Positions 10,606 to 22,023 of a stretch of 62,372 nucleotides of DNA are shown piece after piece. Position 1 is the first letter of the stretch. Each line of letters opens with the position of its first letter. This DNA comes from Pseudomonadota bacterium (GTDB taxonomy: Bacteria > Pseudomonadota > Gammaproteobacteria > Burkholderiales > Burkholderiaceae_E), in the NCBI GenBank assembly GCA_029779755.1, contig JAKOZZ010000070.1, forward strand, positions 1 to 62,372, in the 5' to 3' direction. The position numbers and the translations under genes are program-made. The notes under the pieces are model-generated. The model searched no databases. It was not told the DNA's origin and was given only the letters and a program-made list of their open reading frames with translations.

Positions 10606-11586
10606 ATGCAGACTGCCATGCTTAAGCCGCGGATCGTCGAGGTCGAGCAACTCGGGCCGTCGCACGCCCGGGTTGTGATGGAACCGTTCGAGCGCGGCTA
10701 CGGGCACACGCTTGGCAATGCGCTGCGACGGGTGTTGCTCTCGTCGATGGTCGGCTATGCGCCGACCGAGGTGCAGATCGCCGGCGTGGTGCACGAGTAC
10801 TCCACGATGGATGGCGTGCGCGAGGACGTGGTCGATCTCCTGCTGAACCTGAAGGGGATCGTGTTCAAGCTGCACAACCGGGACGAAGTGTTCCTGACCC
10901 TGCGCAAGGAAGGCGCGGGTCCGGTCACGGCGGGCGACATCGATGCGCCGCACGATGTCGAGATCATGAACCCGGAACACGTGATCGCCAGTCTCACGCA
11001 GGGTGGCCGCATCGACATGCAGATCAAGGTCGAGCGCGGTCGTGCCTACGTGCCGGGCACGATGCGCAACCTGGGCGAGTCGAAGACCATCGGCCGCATC
11101 GTTCTCGACGCGTCGTTCTCGCCGGTCCGCCGGGTGAGCTATGCGGTCGAGAGCGCTCGTGTCGAGCAGCGGACCGACCTCGACCGCCTGATCATCGACG
11201 TCGAGACCAACGGCGTGATCGCGCCCGAGGAAGCGGTCCGCCAGTCGGCGCGCATCCTCGTCGAGCAGCTGTCGGTCTTCGCGGCGCTCGAGGGCGGTGC
11301 GGAGCCGCTGGCCGAGGCGGGCGCTGCGCGCGCGCCGCAGATCGATCCGATCCTGATGCGTCCGGTCGACGACCTGGAGCTGACGGTTCGTTCGGCGAAC
11401 TGCCTGAAAGCGGAAAACATCTACTACATCGGCGACCTGATCCAGCGCACCGAGAATGAGCTCCTGAAGACGCCCAATCTCGGTCGCAAGTCGCTCAACG
11501 AGATCAAGGAAGTGCTGGCGTCGCGAGGACTCACGCTTGGCATGAAGCTCGAAAACTGGCCGCCGGCCGGTCTCGAGCGGCCCTGA
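10606..11586 (+). CDS. rpoA: RNA polymerase subunit alpha
   Basis: [37 protein letters not shown]. Confidence 0.99.
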   Translation: MQTAMLKPRIVEVEQLGPSHARVVMEPFERGYGHTLGNALRRVLLSSMVGYAPTEVQIAGVVHEYSTMDGVREDVVDLLLNLKGIVFKLHNRDEVFLTLRKEGAGPVTAGDIDAPHDVEIMNPEHVIASLTQGGRIDMQIKVERGRAYVPGTMRNLGESKTIGRIVLDASFSPVRRVSYAVESARVEQRTDLDRLIIDVETNGVIAPEEAVRQSARILVEQLSVFAALEGGAEPLAEAGAARAPQIDPILMRPVDDLELTVRSANCLKAENIYYIGDLIQRTENELLKTPNLGRKSLNEIKEVLASRGLTLGMKLENWPPAGLERP

Positions 11587-11622
11587 GTTCATTCACCGTC
11601 ACCAGCACACGAGGACAGAGCC

Positions 11623-12024
11623 ATGCGTCATCGTCACGGACTTCGAAAACTGAACCGCACCAGCAGCCATCGCGAAGCGATGCTGCGGAACATGTGCAAC
11701 GCGCTCCTGCGCCATGAACTGATCAAGACGACCCTGCCCAAGGCGAAGGAACTTCGCCGTGTGGTCGAGCCGATCATCACCCTCGGCAAGAAGCCCTCGC
11801 TGGCCAATCGCCGTCTGGCGTTCGACCGCCTGCGTGACCGCGAGATGGTGGTCAAGGTGTTCAACGAACTCGGCCCCCGCTTCGCGAGCCGCAACGGCGG
11901 GTACCTGCGGATCCTGAAGTCGGGCTTCCGCGTCGGCGACAACGCCGCGATGGCGTACGTCGAGCTGATGGACCGTCCCGAGGCGGAAGCGCCGGCGGGC
12001 GAGAAGTCGCAGGCCGCAGCCTGA
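11623..12024 (+). CDS. rplQ: 50S ribosomal protein L17
   Basis: [27 protein letters not shown]. Confidence 0.99.
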   Translation: MRHRHGLRKLNRTSSHREAMLRNMCNALLRHELIKTTLPKAKELRRVVEPIITLGKKPSLANRRLAFDRLRDREMVVKVFNELGPRFASRNGGYLRILKSGFRVGDNAAMAYVELMDRPEAEAPAGEKSQAAA

Positions 12025-12077
12025 TCGGCGGGCGGGGCCGGCGCTCGCGCCGGGCCGTCGCCCGTACGGTACTGCCC

Positions 12078-12117
12078 GGCGCCTGATCCGCACCCGCGGA
12101 TCAGGCGCCTTTGATTT
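12078..12117 (+). terminator. Rho-independent terminator ending the alpha operon
   Basis: GGCGCCTGATCCGC-accc-GCGGATCAGGCGCC (14-bp stem) followed by TTTGATTT. Confidence 0.8.
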
Positions 12118-12206
12118 GGCGCGCTGCACGCGCTGCACGCGCCGTGTCGCCCGGGCGGCCGTCGCGCCGCCGGTCGGCGGCACTCCCTTTCCTGCGTGTG
12201 GTCGAG

Positions 12207-13169
12207 ATGTCCTTGCCCGAAGATCCCTCGCTCGTCGATGCGCCCATTTCCGCCGAGCCCGTGCTCGAGGTGACGGGTCTGCGCAAGGCGTTCGGCACGA
12301 TGACGGCGGTGGACGGTCTCGGCTTTCGGGTGTCGCGAGGCGAGTGTTTCGGACTGCTCGGCCCGAACGGCGCGGGCAAGAGCACCACGCTCAAGCTGGT
12401 GCTGGGGTTGCTTTCGCCCGACGCGGGCGAGATCAGACTGCTCGGCGAGCCGATTCCCGCGCAGGCGCAACGTGCGCGCGCACGGGTCGGCGTCGTGCCG
12501 CAGGCCGACGCTCTGGATCCCGACTTCACCGTCACCGAGAACCTCGTCGTCTATGGCCGCTACTTCGGGCTGAGCCGGGCGGTGCTCGAGGAGCGCATCC
12601 CCGCACTGCTCGAGTTTGCGGGCCTGGCCGCCAAGCGCACTGCGCGCATCGACGAGCTCTCCGGCGGCATGAAGCGGCGGCTCACGATCGCGCGGGCGCT
12701 GGTCAACGATCCGGAGATCCTGTTCCTGGACGAGCCGACGACGGGCCTCGATCCCCAGGCGCGTCACCTCATCTGGGACCGTCTGCGCAGCCTCGTCTCG
12801 CGGGGCAAGACGATCGTGCTGACCACGCACTTCATGGAGGAAGCCGAGCGCCTGTGCACGCGCCTGGCGGTCGTCGACCATGGGCGCCTGGTGCTCGAAG
12901 GGGCCCCGGAGGCGCTGATCGCCCGGGAGATCGAGCCGCACGTGCTCGAGGTGACTGGCGACGGTCTGCGGGACTGGCTGCGTCACAACGACCCGCTGCG
13001 CTGGTGCACGCGCCATGAGCACGTCGGCGAAACCCTGTTCGCCTATTGCACGGATCCCTCGGCGATGCTGGCTGCCCTGTCGGACCTGAAATCGCTTCGT
13101 GTGGTCCAGCGCCGGGCGACGCTCGAGGACGTGTTCCTCAAGCTCACTGGGCGCGACCTGCGCGACTGA
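12207..13169 (+). CDS. ABC transporter ATP-binding protein, NodI-like
   Basis: Walker [10 protein letters not shown], signature [26 protein letters not shown]-terminal [15 protein letters not shown]; start chosen at ATG 12207. Confidence 0.9.
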   Translation: MSLPEDPSLVDAPISAEPVLEVTGLRKAFGTMTAVDGLGFRVSRGECFGLLGPNGAGKSTTLKLVLGLLSPDAGEIRLLGEPIPAQAQRARARVGVVPQADALDPDFTVTENLVVYGRYFGLSRAVLEERIPALLEFAGLAAKRTARIDELSGGMKRRLTIARALVNDPEILFLDEPTTGLDPQARHLIWDRLRSLVSRGKTIVLTTHFMEEAERLCTRLAVVDHGRLVLEGAPEALIAREIEPHVLEVTGDGLRDWLRHNDPLRWCTRHEHVGETLFAYCTDPSAMLAALSDLKSLRVVQRRATLEDVFLKLTGRDLRD

Positions 13170-13216
13170 CCCGTCAAGACCGCATGCAGGACCGACGTCA
13201 CCAGGCGACCACAGGC

Positions 13217-14149
13217 ATGGACAGCAATCGACCCAACCGCGCAGACCGGGGCGGCAACGACGCGGGCGCCGTCGAATCCGCCGGCGCGCCGCCGGCGCCC
13301 GCCGCGTCGGCTCCCCGCACGCTGCCATCGCGGACCGTGCCGTCTCCCGGCACGCCGCCATCGGGATCAGTGCCCTCGGTGGTCCCCGGGCGCCCCCGCT
13401 TCGCGTTCGTGCCGGTCTACCTGCGCAACCTGCTCGTCTGGCGCAAGCTGGCCGTGGCCAGCGTGCTGGGCAACATCGCCGAGCCGCTCATCACCCTGCT
13501 GGCGTTCGGTTACGGCCTGGGTCGGCTGCTGGAGCAGGTCGACGGCACGCCCTACATCACCTACCTGGCCGCCGGCTCGGTGTGCATGAGCACGGCGATG
13601 GCGGCGAGCTTCGAGGCGCTCTACTCCGCGTTCTCGCGCATGCACGTGCAGCGCACCTGGGAATCGATCCTCAACGCGCCGATGACGCTGTCCGACGTGC
13701 TGGTCGCCGAGTGGCTGTGGGCCGCCACCAAGGGGGCGTTCTCCGGGCTGGCCATCCTCGTCGTGATTTTCGTGCTGGACATCTCGCGCGCGCCCGAGCT
13801 GCTGCTGCTCGTCCCCGTGATCGCGATGGTCGGGCTGACGTTCGCCGGCATCGGGCTCTGCTTCAACGCGCTGGCCCGCGGATACGATTTCTTCACCTAC
13901 TACTTCACCCTGGTGCTGACGCCGATGATCTTCGTCTCCGGCGTGTACTACCCGCGGGAGCAGCTGCCCGACTGGATCTCGAGCTGGGCAAGCGCGCTGC
14001 CGCTGGCCCTGGCCGTCGACGTCGCGCGGCCGCTGGTGCTGGGTCGTCCGCCCGGGGAGGCGTGGTGGCATCTGGTCGTGCTGGGTGTCTACGCGTGTCT
14101 CGGGTTCGCGCTCGCGTCTCGCCTGACGCGGCGGCGATTCGCGCGATGA
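13217..14149 (+). CDS. ABC-2 type permease, NodJ-like (start uncertain)
   Basis: RNLLVWRKLA, FEALYSAFSRMHVQRTWE, YDFFTYYFTL; about 6 TM segments. Confidence 0.88.
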   Translation: MDSNRPNRADRGGNDAGAVESAGAPPAPAASAPRTLPSRTVPSPGTPPSGSVPSVVPGRPRFAFVPVYLRNLLVWRKLAVASVLGNIAEPLITLLAFGYGLGRLLEQVDGTPYITYLAAGSVCMSTAMAASFEALYSAFSRMHVQRTWESILNAPMTLSDVLVAEWLWAATKGAFSGLAILVVIFVLDISRAPELLLLVPVIAMVGLTFAGIGLCFNALARGYDFFTYYFTLVLTPMIFVSGVYYPREQLPDWISSWASALPLALAVDVARPLVLGRPPGEAWWHLVVLGVYACLGFALASRLTRRRFAR

Positions 14150-14268
14150 GCGCCGCACGACCACCGGCTGAACACCGCACGACCACCGATCGAACGCCGC
14201 CTGATCACCGATCGAACGCCGCTTGACCACCGGTTGAGCACCGCATGAACGCCGCATGAACGCCGCAT
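14148..14268. repeat. Tandem array of eleven imperfect 11-bp units (GAnCRCCGnnn)
   Basis: gagcgccgcac gaccaccggct gaacaccgcac gaccaccgatc gaacgccgcct gatcaccgatc gaacgccgctt gaccaccggtt gagcaccgcat gaacgccgcat gaacgccgcat. Confidence 0.9.
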
Positions 14269-14614
14269 GAGTGACGAATCCCTTCATCTGGTGCTGGTCC
14301 TCAGCACGGCGCCCGATCGCGCCACGGCCGAGCGCCTCGCGCATGCCCTGGTCACCGAATCGCTCGCCGCGTGCGTGAACATTCTCGCGCCGTGTCGTTC
14401 GGTCTACCGATGGCAGGGCGAGGTCTGCAGCGAAGAGGAGTGGCCGATGCTGATCAAGACGCCGTCCGACCGGCGCGATGCGCTGTGCGCGCGGCTGCGG
14501 GCGCTGCATCCGTACGAGGTGCCGGAGATCGTCACCTTCGCGGCGTCGTCGGCATTGCCCGACTATCTGGCCTGGGCGGTCGAGCAGACGCGCCCGCTGC
14601 CCGGAGCGCGCTGA
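14267..14614 (+). CDS. cutA: Divalent-cation tolerance protein CutA
   Basis: LAACVNI, SVYRWQG, HPYEVPEI. Confidence 0.95.
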   Translation: MSDESLHLVLVLSTAPDRATAERLAHALVTESLAACVNILAPCRSVYRWQGEVCSEEEWPMLIKTPSDRRDALCARLRALHPYEVPEIVTFAASSALPDYLAWAVEQTRPLPGAR

Positions 14615-14640
14615 CAGGCGGAGGCGCAGGCGCCGGCCCT

Positions 14641-15759
14641 TCAGGACGAAGGCGGCGGATCGACGCGTTCCCGTGCCGGGGCCCGCTGACGCCGGCGCCC
14701 GCGCAGCGTCTCGTGGGGCGACGACAGGTAGCGTCTGGCGCGGAACCAGATCACCAGCGCCAGCGCGATCAGTGCCATGCAGCCCAGTGTCACGGCAAAC
14801 CCGAATCGTGTGTGGATGCCGGGAATGAACTCGAAGTTCATGCCGAAGATGCCGGTGATCAGCGTGAGCGGCATGAAGATCGCGGTGATCGTCGTCAGCG
14901 TGCGCATCACGTCGTTGGTGCGATGCGCGTTCGATGCGAAGTGCAGCTGCACGGCCGTCTCGACGGACTCCTCGAGGCGCTGCGCATGCCGCAGCACCCG
15001 CTGGATGTGGCCGACGAGGTCGGTGCACCGGACCTGGATGGCATCGGTGAGGGTGCCCAGGCCCTCAGACGGGGCGTCGCTGCCGCGCTCGTGCTGCTCG
15101 GAGCGCCACTCCTCGATCGCGTCGAGCTGCTCCTCGCACAACTGCTCCAGCTTGCGCAGTTCGCCGCGGGCCTGCAGCAGCGCATACCAGTCGCGGAACG
15201 GTGCGCGCGGGTCGAGCAGCCGCCGCTGCCACTGCTCGAGCTGTTCCGTCAGCGGCTGGCGCAGGTCGAGATAGCGGTCGACCATGTCGTTGAGCAGCCG
15301 CAGCATCAGCTCGCCCGGTGTGGCCGGCAGGCGGTAGCCCGCGCCGGACGCCGCCATCAGCCACTTCTGCAGGGCCGGCACGCTGCGGCTGTCGGGTGAA
15401 TGGATCGTCACCAGGCAGCGAGGAAACACGAAGAAGATCGTCGGGCGCGTGCGCACGCGCAGGCCGTCGTGATCGCCCGAGAGGATGGAGTGCGAGGACA
15501 GCCCCCGGAAGATCACCAGCTCGTAGTCGCTGGTCGAGTCGAAGAACGAGGGGTGCGCGTGGTTCTCGGTGTCGAGCAGATGCGTGTCGAACACGGTGAC
15601 ACCGGTGAGGCGCGCGATCGGGCCGACCCAGTCACGCGCCTCGTCGTACGTGCAGGTGACCCACAGCACCGCCGCGGGCGGCAGCGCATCCGGCAGAACC
15701 GGCAGCCGGTCGGCGCCGGATGCCCCGATCGCCATCACCTGCATGCGTGCATCCGACAA
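14641..15759 (-). CDS. corA: CorA-family Mg2+/Co2+ transporter (start uncertain)
   Basis: NDVMRTLT...FMPLTLITGIFGMNF (GMN motif); two C-terminal TM helices. Confidence 0.92.
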   Translation of the reverse strand: MSDARMQVMAIGASGADRLPVLPDALPPAAVLWVTCTYDEARDWVGPIARLTGVTVFDTHLLDTENHAHPSFFDSTSDYELVIFRGLSSHSILSGDHDGLRVRTRPTIFFVFPRCLVTIHSPDSRSVPALQKWLMAASGAGYRLPATPGELMLRLLNDMVDRYLDLRQPLTEQLEQWQRRLLDPRAPFRDWYALLQARGELRKLEQLCEEQLDAIEEWRSEQHERGSDAPSEGLGTLTDAIQVRCTDLVGHIQRVLRHAQRLEESVETAVQLHFASNAHRTNDVMRTLTTITAIFMPLTLITGIFGMNFEFIPGIHTRFGFAVTLGCMALIALALVIWFRARRYLSSPHETLRGRRRQRAPARERVDPPPSS

Positions 15760-15784
15760 GGTGGCCGCGCGCGCACGGACCGCG

Positions 15785-17725
<1,941 letters not shown>

Positions 17726-17793
17726 CTATTGTAGAATCGAGAGTTTACGTGAGCCATAAAGGCTGTGAGATCGCGATGATGGGGATGAACTTC

Positions 17794-18450
17794 ATGAAGA
17801 CCGGAACGATCCGCGCGTTCACGCTGGCTGGCCTGGCGGCGTTCGGCGCCACGGCGCTTCTGGCGACCTCGCCCGCGGCGGCGCAGACCGGCAAGGCCGA
17901 CGCGGCCAAGGGTCAGCAGATCGCTTCGCAGGTGTGCGCGGCGTGCCACGGTGCCGACGGCAACAGCGCGAGCCCCGCCAATCCGAAGCTTGCCGGCCAG
18001 CATGCCGACTACCTGTACAAGCAGCTGCAGAACTTCAAGACCAAGCAGGGTGCGAAGGAAGCCGAGCGCGCCAATGCCGTGATGGCCGGGTTCGCGGCGC
18101 AGCTGTCCGACCAGGACATGCGCAACGTGGCCGCGCACTATGCCAGCCAGAAGCTGAAGCCGGCCGCCGCCAAGAACAAGGACGTCATCGAGCTCGGCCA
18201 GAAGATCTTCCGCGGCGGTGTCGCGCAGAAGAACGTGCCGGCGTGCGCCGGCTGCCACAGCCCCAATGGCGCCGGCATCCCCGCGCAGTACCCCCGTCTG
18301 GCGGGCCAGTTCTCCGAATACACCGAAGCGCAGCTGGTCGCGTTCCGGCAGGGGGCGCGCAAGAACAGCGAGCAGATGACCGCGATCGCCGCGCGCCTGT
18401 CCGACGTCGAGATCAAGGCCGTTTCCGAGTACATCGCCGGTCTGCGCTGA
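17794..18450 (+). CDS. Di-heme cytochrome c4
   Basis: Signal peptide; two CxxCH motifs (CAACH, CAGCH); PKLAGQ and PRLAGQ; divergent from engB. Confidence 0.93.
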   Translation: MKTGTIRAFTLAGLAAFGATALLATSPAAAQTGKADAAKGQQIASQVCAACHGADGNSASPANPKLAGQHADYLYKQLQNFKTKQGAKEAERANAVMAGFAAQLSDQDMRNVAAHYASQKLKPAAAKNKDVIELGQKIFRGGVAQKNVPACAGCHSPNGAGIPAQYPRLAGQFSEYTEAQLVAFRQGARKNSEQMTAIAARLSDVEIKAVSEYIAGLR

Positions 18451-18488
18451 CCGGTGCAGGGCGCCCGCCCGGGGCGCTGCAGCGAAGG

Positions 18489-18518
18489 AAGGGCGCTCCG
18501 AACGGGCGCCCTTTTTCT
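18489..18518 (+). terminator. Rho-independent terminator after cytochrome c4
   Basis: AAGGGCGC...GCGCCCTT stem followed by a T-run. Confidence 0.7.
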
Positions 18519-18636
18519 TGCCTGCCGCTGCGTCGGCCGCCGCGATCATCATCGCGGCCATTTGGTCGGACCGGTGGGCTGCGGTAAGTTAACGAGCCGA
18601 TCGGCCGACGCACAGGCCTCGGGAAAAGGACCGGAC

Positions 18637-19593
18637 ATGCCCAAGCGTCACTTTCGCGCCGATGATCTGCTGCCCTCGGAGATCACGCCCCGCCACGTCT
18701 TCGAGCAGCGGCGCCGGCTGCTGAAGTCGGCGGCGGCCGGGCTGGCGTTTGCGCCGGGCGTCGATGCGCTGGCGCAGGCTGCCGGCGCGCAGAAGCTGCC
18801 CGGCCGGCAGAGCGGCCTCTCCACGATGGAGAAGACGACGCCCTACAAGGACGTCGTCTCGTACAACAACTTCTACGAGTTCGGCACCGAGAAGGACGAT
18901 CCCGCCCGCAACGCCCACACGCTGAAGACGCGGCCATGGACGGTGAAGGTCGAGGGCGAGGTGCTCAAGCCGCGCGAGTTCGACATCGATGAACTGCTGA
19001 CGCTCGCGCCGCTCGAAGAGCGCATCTACCGTCTGCGCTGCGTCGAGGGCTGGTCGATGGTCATCCCCTGGGTCGGCGTGCCCCTGTCGGAGCTCATCCG
19101 CCGGGTGGAGCCGACCGGCAACGCGAAGTACGTCGAGTTCGTCACGCTCGCCGACCGGGCGCAGATGCCCGGCCTGTCGTCGCCGGTGCTGAGCTGGCCG
19201 TACGTCGAAGGCCTGCGCATCGACGAGGCCAATCATCCCCTCACGCTGCTGACGATGGGGCTGTACGGCGAGGTCCTGCCGAAGCAGTCGGGCGCTCCCG
19301 TGCGCATCGTCGTGCCCTGGAAGTACGGCTTCAAGAGCGGCAAATCGATCGTGCGCATCCGGTTCGTCGAGAAGCAGCCGATCACCAGCTGGAACCGTGC
19401 CGCGCCGCAGGAGTACGGCTTCTACTCGAACGTCAACCCGGATGTCAGCCACCCGCGCTGGTCGCAGGCGACGGAGCGCCGCATCGGCGAGGATGGCTTC
19501 CTGCAGCGCAAGCGCAAGACCCTGATGTTCAACGGCTATGGCGAGCAGGTCGCATCGCTGTACGCCGGCATGGACCTCAAGCGCTTCTTCTGA
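18637..19593 (+). CDS. msrP: Periplasmic methionine sulfoxide reductase catalytic subunit MsrP
   Basis: SEITP, Tat-like [33 protein letters not shown]. Confidence 0.96.
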   Translation: MPKRHFRADDLLPSEITPRHVFEQRRRLLKSAAAGLAFAPGVDALAQAAGAQKLPGRQSGLSTMEKTTPYKDVVSYNNFYEFGTEKDDPARNAHTLKTRPWTVKVEGEVLKPREFDIDELLTLAPLEERIYRLRCVEGWSMVIPWVGVPLSELIRRVEPTGNAKYVEFVTLADRAQMPGLSSPVLSWPYVEGLRIDEANHPLTLLTMGLYGEVLPKQSGAPVRIVVPWKYGFKSGKSIVRIRFVEKQPITSWNRAAPQEYGFYSNVNPDVSHPRWSQATERRIGEDGFLQRKRKTLMFNGYGEQVASLYAGMDLKRFF

Positions 19594-19601
19594 TCCGGCC
19601 G

Positions 19602-20225
19602 ATGCCGACCGTCGGGACGGTCCACAAGGCGACGCTCTTCGTGCTGTGCCTGGTGCCGTTCGTCCGCCTGCTGGTGCTGGGCGGTCTCGACCGGCTGGGC
19701 GCGAACCCGGTCGAGTTCGTTACCCGTTCGACCGGCACCTGGACCCTCGTGCTGGTGTGCGCGACGCTGGCCGTGTCGCCGCTGCGCCGGCTGACCGGGA
19801 TCAGCGCGCTCCTGCGCCTGCGGCGCATGCTGGGGCTCTTCGCGTGCGCCTATGGCTGTCTGCACCTGTCGACGTACGTGTGGTTCGACCAGTGGTTCGA
19901 CTGGGCCGCGATCGGAGCCGACATCGTCAAGCGCCCGTTCATCTTCGCGGGGTTCGCGGCCTGGCTCGCGATGCTGCCGCTGGCGCTCACCTCCACCGAC
20001 GCGATGATGCGGCGGCTGGGCCGGCGCTGGGGGCTTCTGCACCGGGCCGTGTACGGGGTGGCGGTGCTCGGCGTGCTGCACCTGTGGTGGCACAAGGCCG
20101 GCAAGAACGACCTGTTCGAGCCGCTCGTGTATGCGATCGTGGTGGCGCTGCTGCTGGCCTGGCGCATGCGGGCGCGGTTCGGCCCGGCAGGCGCCTACCG
20201 CGGAAGCCGCCGCTCGAGCGCGTAG
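19602..20225 (+). CDS. msrQ: Heme membrane subunit MsrQ
   Basis: LGANPVE, RRMLGL, KRPFI, LALTS, LHRAVY. Confidence 0.94.
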   Translation: MPTVGTVHKATLFVLCLVPFVRLLVLGGLDRLGANPVEFVTRSTGTWTLVLVCATLAVSPLRRLTGISALLRLRRMLGLFACAYGCLHLSTYVWFDQWFDWAAIGADIVKRPFIFAGFAAWLAMLPLALTSTDAMMRRLGRRWGLLHRAVYGVAVLGVLHLWWHKAGKNDLFEPLVYAIVVALLLAWRMRARFGPAGAYRGSRRSSA

Positions 20226-21457
20226 AGGGACTCGATGGTCTCGCGGGTCCGGATCTCGATGGGCTCGGTGCCGTCGACCAGCACCTCGGCCGCACGCGGG
20301 CGCGTGTTGTAGTTGGAGCTCATGGCCATGCCGTAGGCACCGGCCGACAGCACGGCGAGCAGGTCGCCTTCGGCAATTGCGAGCGCGCGGTCGCGTCCGA
20401 TCCAGTCGCCCGATTCGCAGACCGGACCCACCACGTCGTAGACCACGTCGGGCGCGTTGCGCGGCGTGACCGGCACGATGCGGTGGAACGCGTCGTACAG
20501 CGCCGGGCGCATCAGGTCGTTCATGGCGGCGTCGATGATCGCGAAGCGCTTGGCGCCGTTGTGCTTGAGGTACTCGACGCGGGTGAGCAGCAGGCCGGCG
20601 TTGCCGACGATGGAGCGTCCGAACTCGAACAGGATCTCGAGCTCGCGGGCGAGCGGGTCCTCGTCGATCCGCGCGAAGATCGCCGCGAGCATCGCGCGAC
20701 GCTCCGGCGGCTGCTCGGCGTCGTAGCTGATGCCGAGTCCGCCGCCCAGGTCGAGGTGCGACAGCCGGATGCCCGCGTCGCGCAGCGTGCGGATCAGCTC
20801 GAGCAGGCGCTCGAGCGCAGCGAGGAACGGTGCGATCTCGGTGATCTGCGAACCGATGTGGCAGTCGATGCCTGCGATCTCGATGCCCGGCAGCGCAGCG
20901 GCGAACCGATAGACGTCGACGGCTTCGTCATGGGCGATGCCGAACTTGTTCTCGCGCAGTCCGGTCGAGATGTAGGGGTGGGTGCCGGCGTCGACGTCCG
21001 GATTGACGCGCAGCGAGATCGGCGCCCGGCGTCCGAGCGCAGAGGCGATGTCGGACAGGCGCTGGAGTTCGCTGCGCGACTCGACGTTGAAGCACCGCAC
21101 GCCCGCACGCAGCGCGGCCCTGATCTCGCCTGCGCCCTTGCCCACGCCCGAGAACACCACGCGGCCCGCGTCGCCCCCGGCGGCGAGCACGCGCTGGAGT
21201 TCGCCTTCCGAGACGATGTCGAACCCCGCACCGGCGCGTGCGAGCAGTTCGATCACCGCCAGGTTGGAATTGGCCTTCAGTGCGTAGCAGATCAGCGCCT
21301 TGCGGCCCGCCGCGGCCGATGCGAACTCCGCGAACGCGCCTGCGATGGCCGAGCGCGAGTAGACGTAGGTGGGCGTGCCGAACCGCTCGGCAATGGCGCG
21401 CAGCGACACACCTTCGGCGAACAGCGTGCCGTCGCGGTAGTTGAGCCAATCGATCAT
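20195..21457 (-). CDS. lysA: Diaminopimelate decarboxylase
   Basis: YALKANSN, HPYISTG, HIGSQ, GPVCESGD, GAYGMAMSSNYN. Confidence 0.97.
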   Translation of the reverse strand: MIDWLNYRDGTLFAEGVSLRAIAERFGTPTYVYSRSAIAGAFAEFASAAAGRKALICYALKANSNLAVIELLARAGAGFDIVSEGELQRVLAAGGDAGRVVFSGVGKGAGEIRAALRAGVRCFNVESRSELQRLSDIASALGRRAPISLRVNPDVDAGTHPYISTGLRENKFGIAHDEAVDVYRFAAALPGIEIAGIDCHIGSQITEIAPFLAALERLLELIRTLRDAGIRLSHLDLGGGLGISYDAEQPPERRAMLAAIFARIDEDPLARELEILFEFGRSIVGNAGLLLTRVEYLKHNGAKRFAIIDAAMNDLMRPALYDAFHRIVPVTPRNAPDVVYDVVGPVCESGDWIGRDRALAIAEGDLLAVLSAGAYGMAMSSNYNTRPRAAEVLVDGTEPIEIRTRETIESLYALERRLPR

Positions 21458-21466
21458 CGAATGCGT

Positions 21467-21622
21467 CTAACGTTGAGGGCGCGCTGCATCCCTGGCCGCG
21501 CCGTCGGCGCCCTGCTGCACGGGTTCGACCGGTTTGGGAAGGTACAGGGGGCCGCGCTGGCCGCAGCCCGACAGCACGATCAGTGCCGCTAGAATCGTGG
21601 CTCCGAGCACACGTGTCTTCAT
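21467..21622 (-). CDS. lptM: Small lipoprotein LptM (YifL/LppL family; 51 aa; absent from ORF track)
   Basis: Hand translation MKTRVLGATILAALIVLSG-CGQRGPLYLPKPVEP...; lipobox plus CGxxGPLYLP motif; usual position between lysA and cyaY. Confidence 0.9.
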   Translation of the reverse strand: MKTRVLGATILAALIVLSGCGQRGPLYLPKPVEPVQQGADGAARDAARPQR

Positions 21623-21636
21623 CGAGGCAGTCTAGC

Positions 21637-21957
21637 ATGACCGAACAGCAGTTCCAGACGTTGTGCGAGCAAGCACTCACTGCGATCGAGGATGCCGTCG
21701 ACGCATGTGGAGCCGATGTCGACATCGAACGCTCCGGCGCGGTCCTGGAGCTGGCCTTCGAGGACGGCGCGAAGATCATCGTCAACGGCAACGCGCCGGT
21801 CCGGCAGATCTGGGTGGCCGCCCGCGCCGGCGGGTTCCACTTCGTCCGCAGCGGCGAGCGCTGGGTGGACACCCGCTCGGGTGAGTCGCTGGCCTCGAGC
21901 ATGAATCGCCTGGTGCAGGCGCAGGCCGGCGTCGCGCTGAAGCTGCCCGAGCTCTGA
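21637..21957 (+). CDS. cyaY: Iron donor protein CyaY (frataxin)
   Basis: MTEQQF, GAVLELAFEDG, QIWVAARAGGFHF. Confidence 0.94.
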   Translation: MTEQQFQTLCEQALTAIEDAVDACGADVDIERSGAVLELAFEDGAKIIVNGNAPVRQIWVAARAGGFHFVRSGERWVDTRSGESLASSMNRLVQAQAGVALKLPEL

Positions 21958-22023
21958 CCCGCCGCCCCGCGCGCCCGACCCGCGGCGGCGGGCGCGGTCC
22001 GAGGCGCGGTCCGGGGCGCGCGG

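Noticed and set aside
14148-14268. Repeat array considered as a possible CRISPR
   Set aside because: Contiguous 11-bp units with no unique spacers and no cas genes in the window
20195-20225. 31-bp convergent overlap of msrQ and lysA
   Set aside because: Short 3' overlaps are common; no sign of antisense regulation
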